Of a stretch of 64,000 nucleotides of DNA, positions 30,884 to 41,939 are shown piece by piece. The position numbers and the translations under genes are program-made. The notes under the pieces were generated by a model. The model did no database searches, was not told the origin of the DNA, and saw nothing but the letters and a program-made list of their open reading frames with translations. How positions within the stretch are numbered: position 1 is the first letter of the stretch; the number at the start of each line of letters is the position of its first letter. The DNA comes from Tagaea sp. (GTDB lineage: Bacteria; Pseudomonadota; Alphaproteobacteria; CACIAM-22H2): contig CBDIIB010000005.1 in NCBI GenBank assembly GCA_965279525.1, forward strand, positions 576,001 to 640,000, read 5' to 3'.

Positions 30884-33800
30884 ATGAATATTCGTTCGCT
30901 TTCGGCGCGGATCGTCGCTTTCGTCGCCCTGCTCTGCATGCTGACCGGCTTGCTCGTCGCCGGGCTGTCGGCCGCCCAGTCGTATAACCGCCTGCTCCGG
31001 ACGGCCGAGCGCAGCGTCGAGGACATCCGCAACGCGATCGCGAGCGGAATCCGGACCAACATCGCCGACAACGTCGCGGCCCTGCGGGTCGCGACCATCA
31101 ACCCGGCATTGCGCGCGCAGTTTTCCGATCTCTCCAACGCGTTCGCGCAGCTCAACGAAACCGACCGCCGCCAGGTCGTCCAGCGCTTCGCAGGGTCCCA
31201 GGCAGGCCCGTACGAAATGCGCTCGGCCGGCGAGAATGCCGGCACCGGCACGACCTACGACGCGTTCCATGCGGCCTACCATCGCCACTGGCTGCGCTGG
31301 ACGCAGGAAACCGGTGCACCCGACCTGCTATTCGTGGATCGCGCGGGCCACGTCTTCTATTCGGTGCGCAAGCGCGCGGATTTCGGCGTCAACCTCATCG
31401 CCGACATGCCCGACAGCCTCGCCGCAAAGGCGTTCGTCGGCGCGATGGCGTCCAATCCGCCGCACCAGCCGGCCTTTTCCGACATCGCGGCCTATTCGCC
31501 CGGCGGCAGCGACCGCACCGCCATCGTGGCCCTGCCGGTCGTCGACGGTTCCGACCGCGCCGTCGGCGCGGTCTTGATGCTGGTTCCCGACGCGAATTTC
31601 AGCGCCGTGATCCGCTCGGCGCCGGCACTGGGCGACACCGGCGAAGTGCTGATCGTCGGCGAAGACATGGTCCTGCGCAACGAGCCGCGCTTCTCGCCGG
31701 GTTCGGCGCTTTCGCAGCGCATCGCGACGGAAGGCGTGCGCCGGGCGATGGGCGGTGAGACGGGCATCGTCCACTATGTCGACTATCGCGGCGAAAACAC
31801 GATCGCCGCGGTCATGCCCTTCGACATCTACGGCGTGCGCTGGGCGATCGTCGCGAAAAGCGACACGAGCGAGATCGAGCGCCGGATCTACGGGGCGCTT
31901 GCCGTCAACTTCACCGCGGCCCTGCTGCTGAGCATGGCGATCGCCGCAATCGCCGGCCTCTTCGCGCGCGGGATCGGCTCCCCGCTTTCGACCCTGACCG
32001 ACACGCTTGCGCGTCTCACGTCCGGCCAGCACGAGATGGACGTGCCGTTCACCAACCGCAAGGACGAGATCGGCCGGCTCGCCAGCGGCATGGTCGCGTT
32101 CCGCGAAGCGCTGATCGAGACCGACCGCCTCACCGAGCGGCTGCGGGAAGGCGAAGCGCGTCTCGTCTCGCTCCTCGACAGCGGGCCGGCGGGCGCCATC
32201 GTCGCCAAGCTCGACGGAAAATCCGTGATGTTCGCGAGCGAGCGCGCGGCCACGCTGCTCGGACGCGCGAAGCGGGATCTTGTCGGCGGCGCGCTGGCAC
32301 TCAAGCTTGCCGACGGCGATGCCGACGCCGTCGAGCAGATATTCCAGAAGCTCCGCCGCCAGTCTGTCGTCCCCGCGACGGAATTCCGCGTCGATATCGG
32401 CGACGGGACGGTACCGATCTTCCAGGTTTCCGCCGAACGCATCGAGTTCCACGACGAAGCCTGCGCGCTGCTCTGGATCCTCGACGTGACCGAGCAGCGC
32501 GCCTCGGAAGAAGCCGCACGGCACGAACGCGAGCGGACGGAGGCTTTGCTCGACAGCACGCCCGACGCGGTGCTGATCGTCGACAGGACCGGCCATATCC
32601 GGTTCGTCAACCGGCAGGGCGAAGCGCTGTTCGCCTACCGGCGCGAGGAGCTGGTCGGCAAGCCGATCGAGACGCTGATCCCGGCGAAATTCCACGGCAA
32701 GCATGTCGGCCTGCGCAGCGGCTATTCCGCGAATCCGAGCGCGCGCGAAATGGGATCGGGGCGCGAACTGCTCGCCGTCGACGCCAAGGGCCGCGAATTT
32801 CCGGTCGAGATCAGCCTCAACCCGATTCCCGGCGGCGAGCTCGTTTCCGCCGCCATCCGCGACGTGACCGAGCGCAAGAAGGCGGAGACCGAGCTGCGCC
32901 GCGTCCACTACGCGCTCGAGCACGCGGCCGACGGCATCATCTGGATCGGCCGCGACGGCACCGTGGTCGAGGCCAACGTCGCAGCCGGCACGCTGATCGG
33001 CCTGCCGCATGGCGAACTGCCGGGCAGGCAGGTCCGCGATCTCGTGCAGGGAATCGACGCGCGCGTCTGGGAAATCGTCTGGAACAAGGTCTCGACCCGG
33101 CCGACAGACGAGCCGGGCGAGCAGGTGCTGCTGCGCGCCGACGGATCGACGCTCGACGTCGAGACACTGTCCAAGTTCATCGATTTCGGCGGCAAGCAGT
33201 ACCTCCTGGTCTTCATGCGCGACATCACCGCGCGCAAGGCCGCGGAAGCGGCACTCGCCGAGGAACGCAAGCGCCTGCAGTCGGTACTCGACAAGGGGCC
33301 GATCTGCGTTTCGATCACCTCAATGGAAGGAATAGCGCTGTTCGCCAATCCGATCGCGACCAAACTGTTCGGCCTCGCCATCGGCCAGAAGGTGCAGTCG
33401 GCCTATGTCGATCCGGCCCGGCGCGACGAGCTTCTTGCCCGCCTCAAGGCCGAAGGAACGGTGCGCGACTTCGAGGTCGAGGTCTACGACACCGACCGCC
33501 AGCGCCGCACGATGATGATGACGGCGATCCTCGTCGACTACGCCGGCCAGAAGGCCCTGATGGTCTGGCAGGTCGACATCACCGAAAGGCGCAAGAACGA
33601 AGAGCAGATCAAGCGTGCGAATTTCCTCACCGACATCGCGCTGGAACTGACCGGCAGCGGCCACTGGTACGTCGACTACAGCGATCCGGACTACTACTAC
33701 CAGTCCGAGCGGGCGGCCACGATCCTGGGCGAACCCCTGAAATCCGACGGCCGCTATCACCTCATGGACGAATGGTACGCCCGCCTGGTCGAAGCCGACC

Positions 33801-36077
33801 CTGAGAAGGCCAAGGAGGCGAGCGCCCACTATCAAGGCGCCATCGACGGCAAGTATTCGCAGTACGACATGATCTATCCGTATCGGCGTCCGATCGACGG
33901 GAAGATCGTCTGGATCCATGCCGCCGGCAAGCTCGTGCGCGACGAAGCGACCGGAAAACCCCTGTTCATGTACGGTGCCTATCAGGACATCACCGCGCAG
34001 AAGGCCGTGGAAGTCGAGATCCTCGCAGCCAAGGCGACCGCAGAAGAGGCCCGGCGGCAGGCCGAGATGTCGGCCCAGTGGCTCGAACAGTCGAACAAGG
34101 ACCTCGACGAGGCCCGCCTGCTCGCCGAAGACGCGACGAAGGCGAAGTCGAGCTTCCTTGCGACGATGAGCCACGAAATCCGCACGCCGATGAACGGCGT
34201 CATGTCGATGGCCGAGATGCTCGACCAGACCGAGCTCAGCGCCGACCAGCGCGAGATGTCGAAGGTGATCCGCACGTCGGCCGAAGCGCTGATGACGATC
34301 CTCAACGACATCCTCGACTTCTCGAAGATCGAGGCGGGCCGGATCGAGTTCGAACGCCTGCCGCTCGACATCGGCGACGTGGTCGAGGAAGCGGCCGAAC
34401 TCGTCGCGAGCCGGGCCGACGAGAAGGGGCTCGATTTCGTCGTCGAGATCGATCCGAAGCTTCCCGGCGCGCGTGCTCGGCGACCCGACGCGCATCCGGC
34501 AGATCGTGCTCAACTATCTGTCGAACGCGCTGAAATTCACCGAGACCGGAAGCGTCGTGGCCAGCGTGCGCCTGGAAGCCGAGCCGCTCGGCGACATGCC
34601 CGAGCGCGTGCTCATCGAGGTGCGTGACACCGGCATCGGCATGACGCCCGAACAGACGGCCAAGATGTTCCGGGCCTTCACGCAAGCCGACTCCTCCACG
34701 TCGCGCAAGTTCGGCGGTTCGGGCCTCGGCCTTTCCATCAGCCAGCGCCTGGCCGAGCTGATGGGCGGCACGGTCGGCGTCGAATCCGAACCGGGACGCG
34801 GCTCGACCTTCTGGCTGCGGCTGCCGGCGGAGATCGTCGAGCGGGCACCGCCCACACCCGCCGTCGACATTTCCGACGCGGCGGTCGCCGCCCTCGGGTT
34901 CGACGGGCCGACGCGTGGTGCTCTGGTCTCGATCCTCGGGACGGCGGGCATCCGGCCGCTGTTCCTGGGTGAAGCGGATCTTGCCGACATGCCGAAGGGC
35001 TCGGTGCCGATCGCGATGCTGCGCGGCACGTCGAGTGCCGCCATCGCGGCCTCCAAGCGCATCATCGAGGCCCATCCGGCCGCCCGCGCGATCCTCGCCG
35101 CCCCGCGCTCGCTCGCCTCGACCCTCAAATCCGCGTCCGATGCCGGCGCCTTCGACGCGATCACGATGCCGCTGCGCCGGCAGCGCGTCTGGCTGGCGGT
35201 CGCCGCCGCCCTCGACCGTGCCTCGCTGTCGGATGCGCAGAAGCCTTCCGGCGGCGCCAGCGAGCGGTTCGTGGCCCCCGATCTCGCCGTCGCGCGCGCG
35301 GCGAACGCCGCCGTCCTCGTCGCGGAGGACAACAAGACGAACCAATACGTCATCAAGCGCGTGCTCGACCGCGTCGGGTTCGCCTCGCGCTTCGTGTTCA
35401 ACGGCGTCGAAGCGCTGGCCGCCCTCGCCGAGGAGCCGGGCTACGGCATCCTTTTGACCGACTACCACATGCCGGAAATGGACGGGATCGAGCTTGCGAC
35501 GGCGATCCGCGCAAGCGAGGCCGGGGGCAAGAAGCCGCGGCTTCCCATCGTCGTGCTGACGGCCGACGCGCTGCCGGAAACCGGCCGGCTCGTGGCACAG
35601 GTCGGTGCGGACGGGTACCTGACCAAGCCGATGCGCTACGAGGTCGTGAAGGCGGAGCTCGAGCGCTGGCTGCCGCAGGGCGTCAAGCTGCGCCGGTCCG
35701 CCAGCGCACCGGCACCGGTACCGGAACCGGTCCCCGTCGACGACAAGCCGCCGATCGACCGGTCCGTGCTCGAGGACCAGATCGGCACCAACAGCGACGA
35801 CGACATCCGCGCGGCGCTGCAGTTCTTCTGGGAAACCTCGGCGAGCGGGCCGGACGAACTCGACGCCGCAGTGGCGACGGGCAAGGCCACCGCCGTGCGC
35901 GAGGTGGCGCACGCGCTCAAAGGGGCGACCGCCTCGGTCGGCGCCGGCTGGCTGGCCGACCTGTGCAAGCAAGTGGAGATCGCGGCAAGCAAGGGCGATC
36001 TGGCACCGGCGCAGGCGCTGGCCGGGCAAATCCGCGAGGGCTACACCCGGCTCGGCGCCTACATCGCGAAATTCTGA
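30884..36077 (+). pseudogene. Hybrid sensor histidine kinase (Cache-like, HAMP, multiple PAS, HisKA, HATPase, REC, Hpt) split by a +1 frameshift near 34463
   Basis: Frame 1 holds MSHEIRTPMNG; frame 2 continues [27 protein letters not shown]; removing one C from CTTCCCGG rejoins them. Confidence 0.88.
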
Positions 36078-36093
36078 CGAGGAAGGCGAAACC

Positions 36094-36912
36094 ATGGCTC
36101 CCCCCAACGACCGACCCTTTTCGGGCCTGAAAGTGCTGGTCGTCGACGACCAGAAATTTATCCGCGGCCTGGTGACGCAAGGCCTCAAGGCGAGCGGCGC
36201 GCAGGTTACCGAAGCGGCGGACGGGTTCGAGGCGCTGTCGATCCTGGGCATCGGCGACCAGCTCGAGGGCGGCTCGGTTGAAGCGCTCAAGCGCGAACGC
36301 CCGGACATGTTCCAGGGCATCGTGCACACGCGCAAGGACATCGACGTCATCGTCAGCGACATCCGCATGCTGCCGATGAACGGTCTCGAGATGCTGAAGG
36401 CGGTCCGCTCGGGCCTGACGTCCGCCCACCGGGGCCTGCCCGTCGTCATCATGTCGGCCCATTCGGACGAAGCGCTGATCGGTGCGGCGATCGCGCTCGA
36501 CGCGCACGGCTTCGTCGCCAAGCCGGTGAGCCAGAAGGCGATCGGCGACCGGATCCATCGCGCGCTGTCGATGAAGATCGCCACCAAGCCGGCCGAAGTC
36601 TACCGGATGCTGATCATCCCCGAGCTCGATTCCGCGACGCTGGAAACCGATGTCGGCCGGGCGGCCGAGAGCCTTGTCGCCGTGATCCGGGCCGGCGACG
36701 TCGCCATCGCGTCGGGCCAGCGCGCGATCAATGTCAGATGGCAGGAGATCGTGCTGGGCGACGTGCTCAACGAGAATTTCACGACCAAGACCGGAAAGCT
36801 GGTGGCCCCCGCCGGCACGCGCGTGACCGAGGTGCTGATGGCGGCCGTGCAGGACCTTTCGACCGTCACCGACCTGTCGGACATGGTCTCGATCCGCCGG
36901 AAAGTCATCTAG
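36094..36912 (+). CDS. Response regulator with REC insertion and atypical C-terminal domain
   Basis: VLVVDD, SDIRMLPMNG, FVAKP; GAGGAAGG SD. Confidence 0.88.
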   Translation: MAPPNDRPFSGLKVLVVDDQKFIRGLVTQGLKASGAQVTEAADGFEALSILGIGDQLEGGSVEALKRERPDMFQGIVHTRKDIDVIVSDIRMLPMNGLEMLKAVRSGLTSAHRGLPVVIMSAHSDEALIGAAIALDAHGFVAKPVSQKAIGDRIHRALSMKIATKPAEVYRMLIIPELDSATLETDVGRAAESLVAVIRAGDVAIASGQRAINVRWQEIVLGDVLNENFTTKTGKLVAPAGTRVTEVLMAAVQDLSTVTDLSDMVSIRRKVI

Positions 36913-37017
36913 GCCGGGTTCCCGGCCCCGGAACCGCCCGGTAACGCCGAACGCCTTGCAATCGGCGTGAAATTCCCTACATGAAGGGCGCCCAAACGGA
37001 CGGGGGACCGGCACGAC

Positions 37018-37968
37018 ATGTCGTCAATGATCGAAATCAGGGGCCTCAAGAAGCATTTCGGCCCGATCCGCGCGGTCGAGGACGTGTCGTTCAACGTCAT
37101 GCGCGGCGAGGTCCTCGGCTTCCTCGGGCCCAACGGGGCCGGCAAGTCGACGACCATGAAGATGATCACCGGCTTCCTCGCCCCCACGGCCGGGTCCGCC
37201 TCGGTGTGCGGCTTCGATGTCGAACGCGACCCGATCGAGGCCAAGCGCCGGATCGGCTACCTGCCCGAGGGGGCCCCTGCCTATCCCGACATGACGGCCG
37301 CCGCCTTCCTCGATTTCGTCGGCGCCATCCGCGGCTTCGACGGCGCTTCGCGCGCCAAGCGCGTGGCGCTGGCGGTCGAGCGCACGCAGCTCGAAGGCAT
37401 TCTCAACCAGCCGATCGACACGCTTTCCAAGGGCTTCAAGCGCCGCGTGGGCCTTGCCCAGGCGCTGCTGCACGACCCCGAGGTGCTGATCCTCGACGAG
37501 CCGACCGACGGGCTCGATCCCAACCAGAAGCACGAGGTACGCGGCCTGATCCGCTCGATGGCGGCCGACAAGGCCATCGTCATCTCGACCCACATCCTCG
37601 AGGAAGTCGACGCGATCTGCTCGCGCGCGGTCGTCATCGCGCGCGGCCGCCTGCTGGCCGACGGCACGCCCGAATCGCTCGAGAAGCGCTCGCGCTGGCA
37701 CCATGCGGTATCGCTCGTGGCGTCGGCCGGCGACATCGAGCGGCTGCGCGCGGCGATCGCCGCGCACGACGGCGTGGGCGGCTTCGAGCGCGTCGACGGC
37801 GAGGACGGCCTTGCGATGCTCACTGCCTTCCCGAAGGCCGGCAAGCCGATGCTGGCCGAGATCGGCGCGCTGGCGCGCGCGACGGGCATCCGGATCGACG
37901 AGATCCGCGAGGAACGCGGCCGCCTCGACGAGGTGTTCCGCGACATCACGACCGGCACGAAAGCCTGA
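37018..37968 (+). CDS. ABC transporter ATP-binding protein (GldA-like)
   Basis: GPNGAGKST, LSKGFKRR, DEPTDGLDPNQ. Confidence 0.93.
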   Translation: MSSMIEIRGLKKHFGPIRAVEDVSFNVMRGEVLGFLGPNGAGKSTTMKMITGFLAPTAGSASVCGFDVERDPIEAKRRIGYLPEGAPAYPDMTAAAFLDFVGAIRGFDGASRAKRVALAVERTQLEGILNQPIDTLSKGFKRRVGLAQALLHDPEVLILDEPTDGLDPNQKHEVRGLIRSMAADKAIVISTHILEEVDAICSRAVVIARGRLLADGTPESLEKRSRWHHAVSLVASAGDIERLRAAIAAHDGVGGFERVDGEDGLAMLTAFPKAGKPMLAEIGALARATGIRIDEIREERGRLDEVFRDITTGTKA

Positions 37969-37980
37969 GGAACGGGGAAC

Positions 37981-38715
37981 ATGCGCAACGTCCGCTACAT
38001 CTTCAAGCGCGAGCTCGGCGGCTATTTCGCCACCCCCGTCGCCTACGTGTTCCTCGTCATCTTCCTGGTGCTCGCGAGCACGTTCACCTTCTACCTCGGC
38101 AACTTCTTCGAGCGCGGGCAGGCCGACCTGCAGGCCTTCTTCTCGTTCCACCCGTGGCTCTACCTGTTCCTGATCCCGGCCATCTCGATGCGCCTGTGGT
38201 CGGAAGAGCGCCGCGCGGGCACGATCGAGCTGTTCTTGACGCTGCCGATCACGATCGGCGAGGCGGTGCTCGGCAAGTTCCTTGCCGCGTGGGCGTTCGT
38301 GGGCATCGCCCTTGCGCTGACATTCCCGATCTGGATCACCGTCAACATGCTGGGCGATCCCGACAACGGCATCATCGTGGCGGGCTATGCCGGTTCGCTG
38401 ATGATGAGTGCGGGCTACCTCGCCATCGGCAGCTGCGTATCGGCCATGACCAAGAGCCAGGTCATCGCGTTCGTCGTCGCGGCCGCCGCGTGCTTCGTCT
38501 TCACGGTCTCCGGCACGCCGCTGGTCATCGCATTCTTCTCGGGCTGGGCGCCAACGGCGGTCGTCGAAGCGGTCGCGGGCCTGAGCTTCCTCACCCACTA
38601 CAACGCGATCATGCGCGGGGTCATCGACATCCGCGACCTCATCTATTTCGTCAGTCTCGTGGCGGCGTTCCTGTTCGCGAACGCGGCCATCGTGGAAATG
38701 AAGAAGGCGGGCTGA
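37981..38715 (+). CDS. ABC-2 permease (GldF-like)
   Basis: YFATPVAY, MRLWSEERRAGTIE; multi-TM. Confidence 0.92.
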   Translation: MRNVRYIFKRELGGYFATPVAYVFLVIFLVLASTFTFYLGNFFERGQADLQAFFSFHPWLYLFLIPAISMRLWSEERRAGTIELFLTLPITIGEAVLGKFLAAWAFVGIALALTFPIWITVNMLGDPDNGIIVAGYAGSLMMSAGYLAIGSCVSAMTKSQVIAFVVAAAACFVFTVSGTPLVIAFFSGWAPTAVVEAVAGLSFLTHYNAIMRGVIDIRDLIYFVSLVAAFLFANAAIVEMKKAG

Positions 38716-38718
38716 TCC

Positions 38719-40638
38719 ATGGCGAGCAAGGCGACCACGCGCTCCGCACTCACCGGCCTCGGCATCCTGTTCGCGGCCATCCTGTTCGTCGCGGTCAACG
38801 TGCTGGCGGGCACGCTCTTCCAGGGCACGCGGCTCGATCTTACGGCCGACCGGCTCTTCACGCTGAGCCAGGGCACGCGCGCGATCCTGGCGAAGATCGA
38901 CGAACCGATCGTGCTGCGCTTCTATTATTCCGAACGGCTGGGCCGCGAGATCCCGAGCTATGGCGTCTACGCCCAGCGCGTGCGCGAGATGCTCGAGGAA
39001 TACCGCGACGCCGCGCGCGGCAAGCTGCGCCTCGAGCGCATCGACCCGCCCGCCTTCTCCGACGAGGAGGACCGCGCGGTCGCCTTCGGCCTGCAGGCGG
39101 TCCCGCTCAACCAGCAGGGCGAGACGGTCTATTTCGGGCTTGCCGGCACCAACGGCGCCGACCGCGAGGAAGTCATCGCGTTCTTCCAGCCCGAGCGCGA
39201 GCGCTTCCTCGAATACGACCTCACCAAGATCGTCTACAACCTGTCGGTCACGAAGAAGCCGCAGGTCGGCCTGCTGTCGTCGCTGCCGATGGAAGGCGAG
39301 TTCCGCGGCCGCGGGCAGCCCACGCCGCCGTGGGCCGTCTATTCCCAGCTCGGCCAGTTCTTCGATATCCGCCCGGTGGCGCGCGACGCGGCCGAGATCC
39401 CGGCCGAGATCGGCGTGCTGATGGTCGTGCACCCCAAGAACCTCTCCGACACGACGCTCTATGCGATCGACCAGTTCGTGCTGCGCGGCGGGCGCGCACT
39501 CGTGTTCGTCGATCCGCATGCCGAGGGCGAGCTTGCGCGCGGCGGCCAGGCGGCGATGGGCATGCCGACGGATTCGAACCTGACGAAGCTGTTCGACGCG
39601 TGGGGCCTCTCCATGGCCGACGACAAGCTCGCCGGCGACCGGGTTGCCGCACGGCGCGTCAATGCCGGCGGCCAGGGCCGCGTGCAGGCGGTCGACTACG
39701 TGCTGTGGCTCAGCTTGCGCGACGTCAATTTCGACCGGTCGGACGTGCTGCTGACCGAAGCCAACGTCATCCAGCTTGCGTCCGCCGGCATCCTCAAGCC
39801 CAAGGACGGGGCGACGACGAAGTTCGTGCCGCTGATCCGCACGTCCGAGCAGTCGCAGGAGATCGTCGCCGACGAGGTGCGCCTGCAGCCCGATCCCGCC
39901 AAGCTGCTGGCCGACTTCAAGCCCTCGGGCGAGCGGCTGACGCTGGCCGCGCGCATCAGCGGGCCGGTCAAGTCGGCGTTCGAGAAAGCACCCGAGCCCG
40001 AAAAGCCCGCCGAAGGCCAGCCGGCCCCGCCGGCGCTGCCCGCCGTGCCGCACCGCGCGCAGTCCGAAGGCCCCATCAACGTCATCGTCGTCGCCGACAC
40101 CGACATGCTGGAGGACCGCTTCTGGGTCCAGATGCAGGAATTCTTCGGCCAGCGCGTGGCGACACCCGGGGCCTATAACGGCGACTTCGTCGTCAACGCG
40201 GTCGACAACCTGCTGGGATCAAGCGACCTGATCAGCTTGCGCGGCCGTGGCCTGTCGCAGCGCCCGTTCACGCTGCTGGCCGACATCCAGCGCGAGGCCG
40301 AGCTCAAGTTCCGCGCCAAGGAACGCGAGCTGACCGAAACGCTGAAGGAAGCCGAGAAGCGCCTGTCGGAACTCCAGGGCCGCGGCGGGGCGGCCGCCGA
40401 CGCGAACCGCTCGATCCTGTCGGGCGAGCAGCAGGCCGAGATCGAGAAGTTCCGCGCCGAGATGCTGGTCGTGCGCCGCGCGCTACGCGACGTGCAGCTC
40501 GAACTTCGCCGCGACATCGAAGGCGTGCAGACGCGCGCGCGCATCGCCAACATCGGTGCCGTCCCGGCCATCGTCGCGATCGTCGCCTTCGTGCTGGGCT
40601 GGCTGCGCGTGCGCAGCCGCCGGCCGGCCGGGCGCTGA
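38719..40638 (+). CDS. GldG-like ABC auxiliary protein
   Basis: RLDLTADRLFTLSQGT, LEYDLT, IDQFVLRGG. Confidence 0.9.
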   Translation: MASKATTRSALTGLGILFAAILFVAVNVLAGTLFQGTRLDLTADRLFTLSQGTRAILAKIDEPIVLRFYYSERLGREIPSYGVYAQRVREMLEEYRDAARGKLRLERIDPPAFSDEEDRAVAFGLQAVPLNQQGETVYFGLAGTNGADREEVIAFFQPERERFLEYDLTKIVYNLSVTKKPQVGLLSSLPMEGEFRGRGQPTPPWAVYSQLGQFFDIRPVARDAAEIPAEIGVLMVVHPKNLSDTTLYAIDQFVLRGGRALVFVDPHAEGELARGGQAAMGMPTDSNLTKLFDAWGLSMADDKLAGDRVAARRVNAGGQGRVQAVDYVLWLSLRDVNFDRSDVLLTEANVIQLASAGILKPKDGATTKFVPLIRTSEQSQEIVADEVRLQPDPAKLLADFKPSGERLTLAARISGPVKSAFEKAPEPEKPAEGQPAPPALPAVPHRAQSEGPINVIVVADTDMLEDRFWVQMQEFFGQRVATPGAYNGDFVVNAVDNLLGSSDLISLRGRGLSQRPFTLLADIQREAELKFRAKERELTETLKEAEKRLSELQGRGGAAADANRSILSGEQQAEIEKFRAEMLVVRRALRDVQLELRRDIEGVQTRARIANIGAVPAIVAIVAFVLGWLRVRSRRPAGR

Positions 40639-40653
40639 ACGGAGACCGGAGCC

Positions 40654-41721
40654 ATGCAGAGCCGCACCCTCGCCATCCTCGCCTTGTCGGCCGCCATCGT
40701 CGGCGGGGCCGCCGTGATCGCCACCGGCGGGCGCAACGACGCGTCCGACGCCGATCCCGCGGGCAAGCTCGTGTTCCCCAACCTGCCCGCGCGCATCGAC
40801 GGCGTGGCGCGCATCGAGATCGAGCGCGGCGGCGAGAAGTTCGAGCTGGTGCGCGACGCCGCCGGCCACTGGACGATGCCGGCCAAAGCGGGCTATCCGG
40901 CCGATTTCCAGCTTGTCCGCCGGCTGGCGCTCGACATGGCGAACATGCGCATCCTCGAGGCGCGCACCGCGAGCAAGGCGCTGCATGCCGACATCGATCT
41001 CGACGGTTCGGGCAAGGACCAGAAGGCCGTGCGCGTGGCGCTGTCCGGCGCGCAGACCGAGCAGTTCGCCAGCGTGCTCGTGGGGCGCACGCGCTTCGGC
41101 CGGCAGGGCAATGCCGGCGACGGCACGTTCGTGCGCCGCGAGGGCGAGGACCAGGTTTGGTTCGTCCAGGGACGTGTGGGCGTGGAACGCGAACAGACCA
41201 AATGGCTTGAAAAGCGCATCGTCGACGTGGTGCGCGAGCGCGTGGCCAAGGCCGTCGTCGTGACGGCCGACGGGGCACGCCTCGAAATATCGCGCGCCAA
41301 GCACGACCAGCAGGATTTCGATCTGGCGGCGGTCCCCGCCGACAAGAAGATCAAGACGGCGTTCGACGTGAACCTCATTGCATCCGCCATCGAAGCCCTC
41401 GACCTCGAGGACGTGCGCAAGGCCGACGGCCTCGCCTTCCTCGGCCAGCGCGACTTCGCCGAATTCACGACGTTCGACGGCCTTGCCGTGCGCGTCGAAT
41501 TCGCCAAGGACGGCGCCGACATCTGGGCGCGCTTCACCGCACGCCACGCGGCTCCGGCCACGCCGGTCGAAGGCGACAAGCTGAAGAAGCCCGACGAGGT
41601 TGCCGCCGAAGCCGCACAGATCGCCAAGCGCACCCACGGCTGGGCCTACCGCGTGCCGGCCTACAAGGCCGAGCAGATGAGCCGGAAGATCGCCGACCTC
41701 GTCGAGGACAAGGGCGCCTGA
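40654..41721 (+). CDS. DUF4340 domain protein
   Basis: N-terminal TM, GYPAD motif; fourth gene of a Gld-like operon. Confidence 0.85.
   Translation: MQSRTLAILALSAAIVGGAAVIATGGRNDASDADPAGKLVFPNLPARIDGVARIEIERGGEKFELVRDAAGHWTMPAKAGYPADFQLVRRLALDMANMRILEARTASKALHADIDLDGSGKDQKAVRVALSGAQTEQFASVLVGRTRFGRQGNAGDGTFVRREGEDQVWFVQGRVGVEREQTKWLEKRIVDVVRERVAKAVVVTADGARLEISRAKHDQQDFDLAAVPADKKIKTAFDVNLIASAIEALDLEDVRKADGLAFLGQRDFAEFTTFDGLAVRVEFAKDGADIWARFTARHAAPATPVEGDKLKKPDEVAAEAAQIAKRTHGWAYRVPAYKAEQMSRKIADLVEDKGA
41707..41721 (+). repeat. Left direct repeat (att-like) GACAAGGGCGCCTGA
   Basis: 14/15 identical to 42860-42874; it is the last four codons plus stop of the DUF4340 gene. Confidence 0.8.
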
Positions 41722-41751
41722 ACGAGGTCAGGCTCCAGCTCGAATCCCTTA

Positions 41752-41764
41752 CAATACATTGATT
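41752..41764 (-). promoter_or_regulatory. IHF-like site
   Basis: AATCAATGTATTG matches WATCAANNNNTTR exactly. Confidence 0.5.
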
Positions 41765-41939
41765 TAGTTTATATTTTTACGCTCGCCGGCATATCAAGTG
41801 AGCCGCGCGCCACCCCCATTCGTGGTATTCCAATTTTGAGATAGCCCCTACCCATTGTGGTGCGCTAGCGTGTTAGGTATATGGCCGAATTGCAATTTTT
41901 GATTCGCAATCGCTGTGCAGGTCAGATTAGAATGTTGGA

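Noticed and set aside
37018-41721. Gld-like operon as gliding motility
   Set aside because: Common proteobacterial ABC-2 system; no other gliding or type IX secretion genes here
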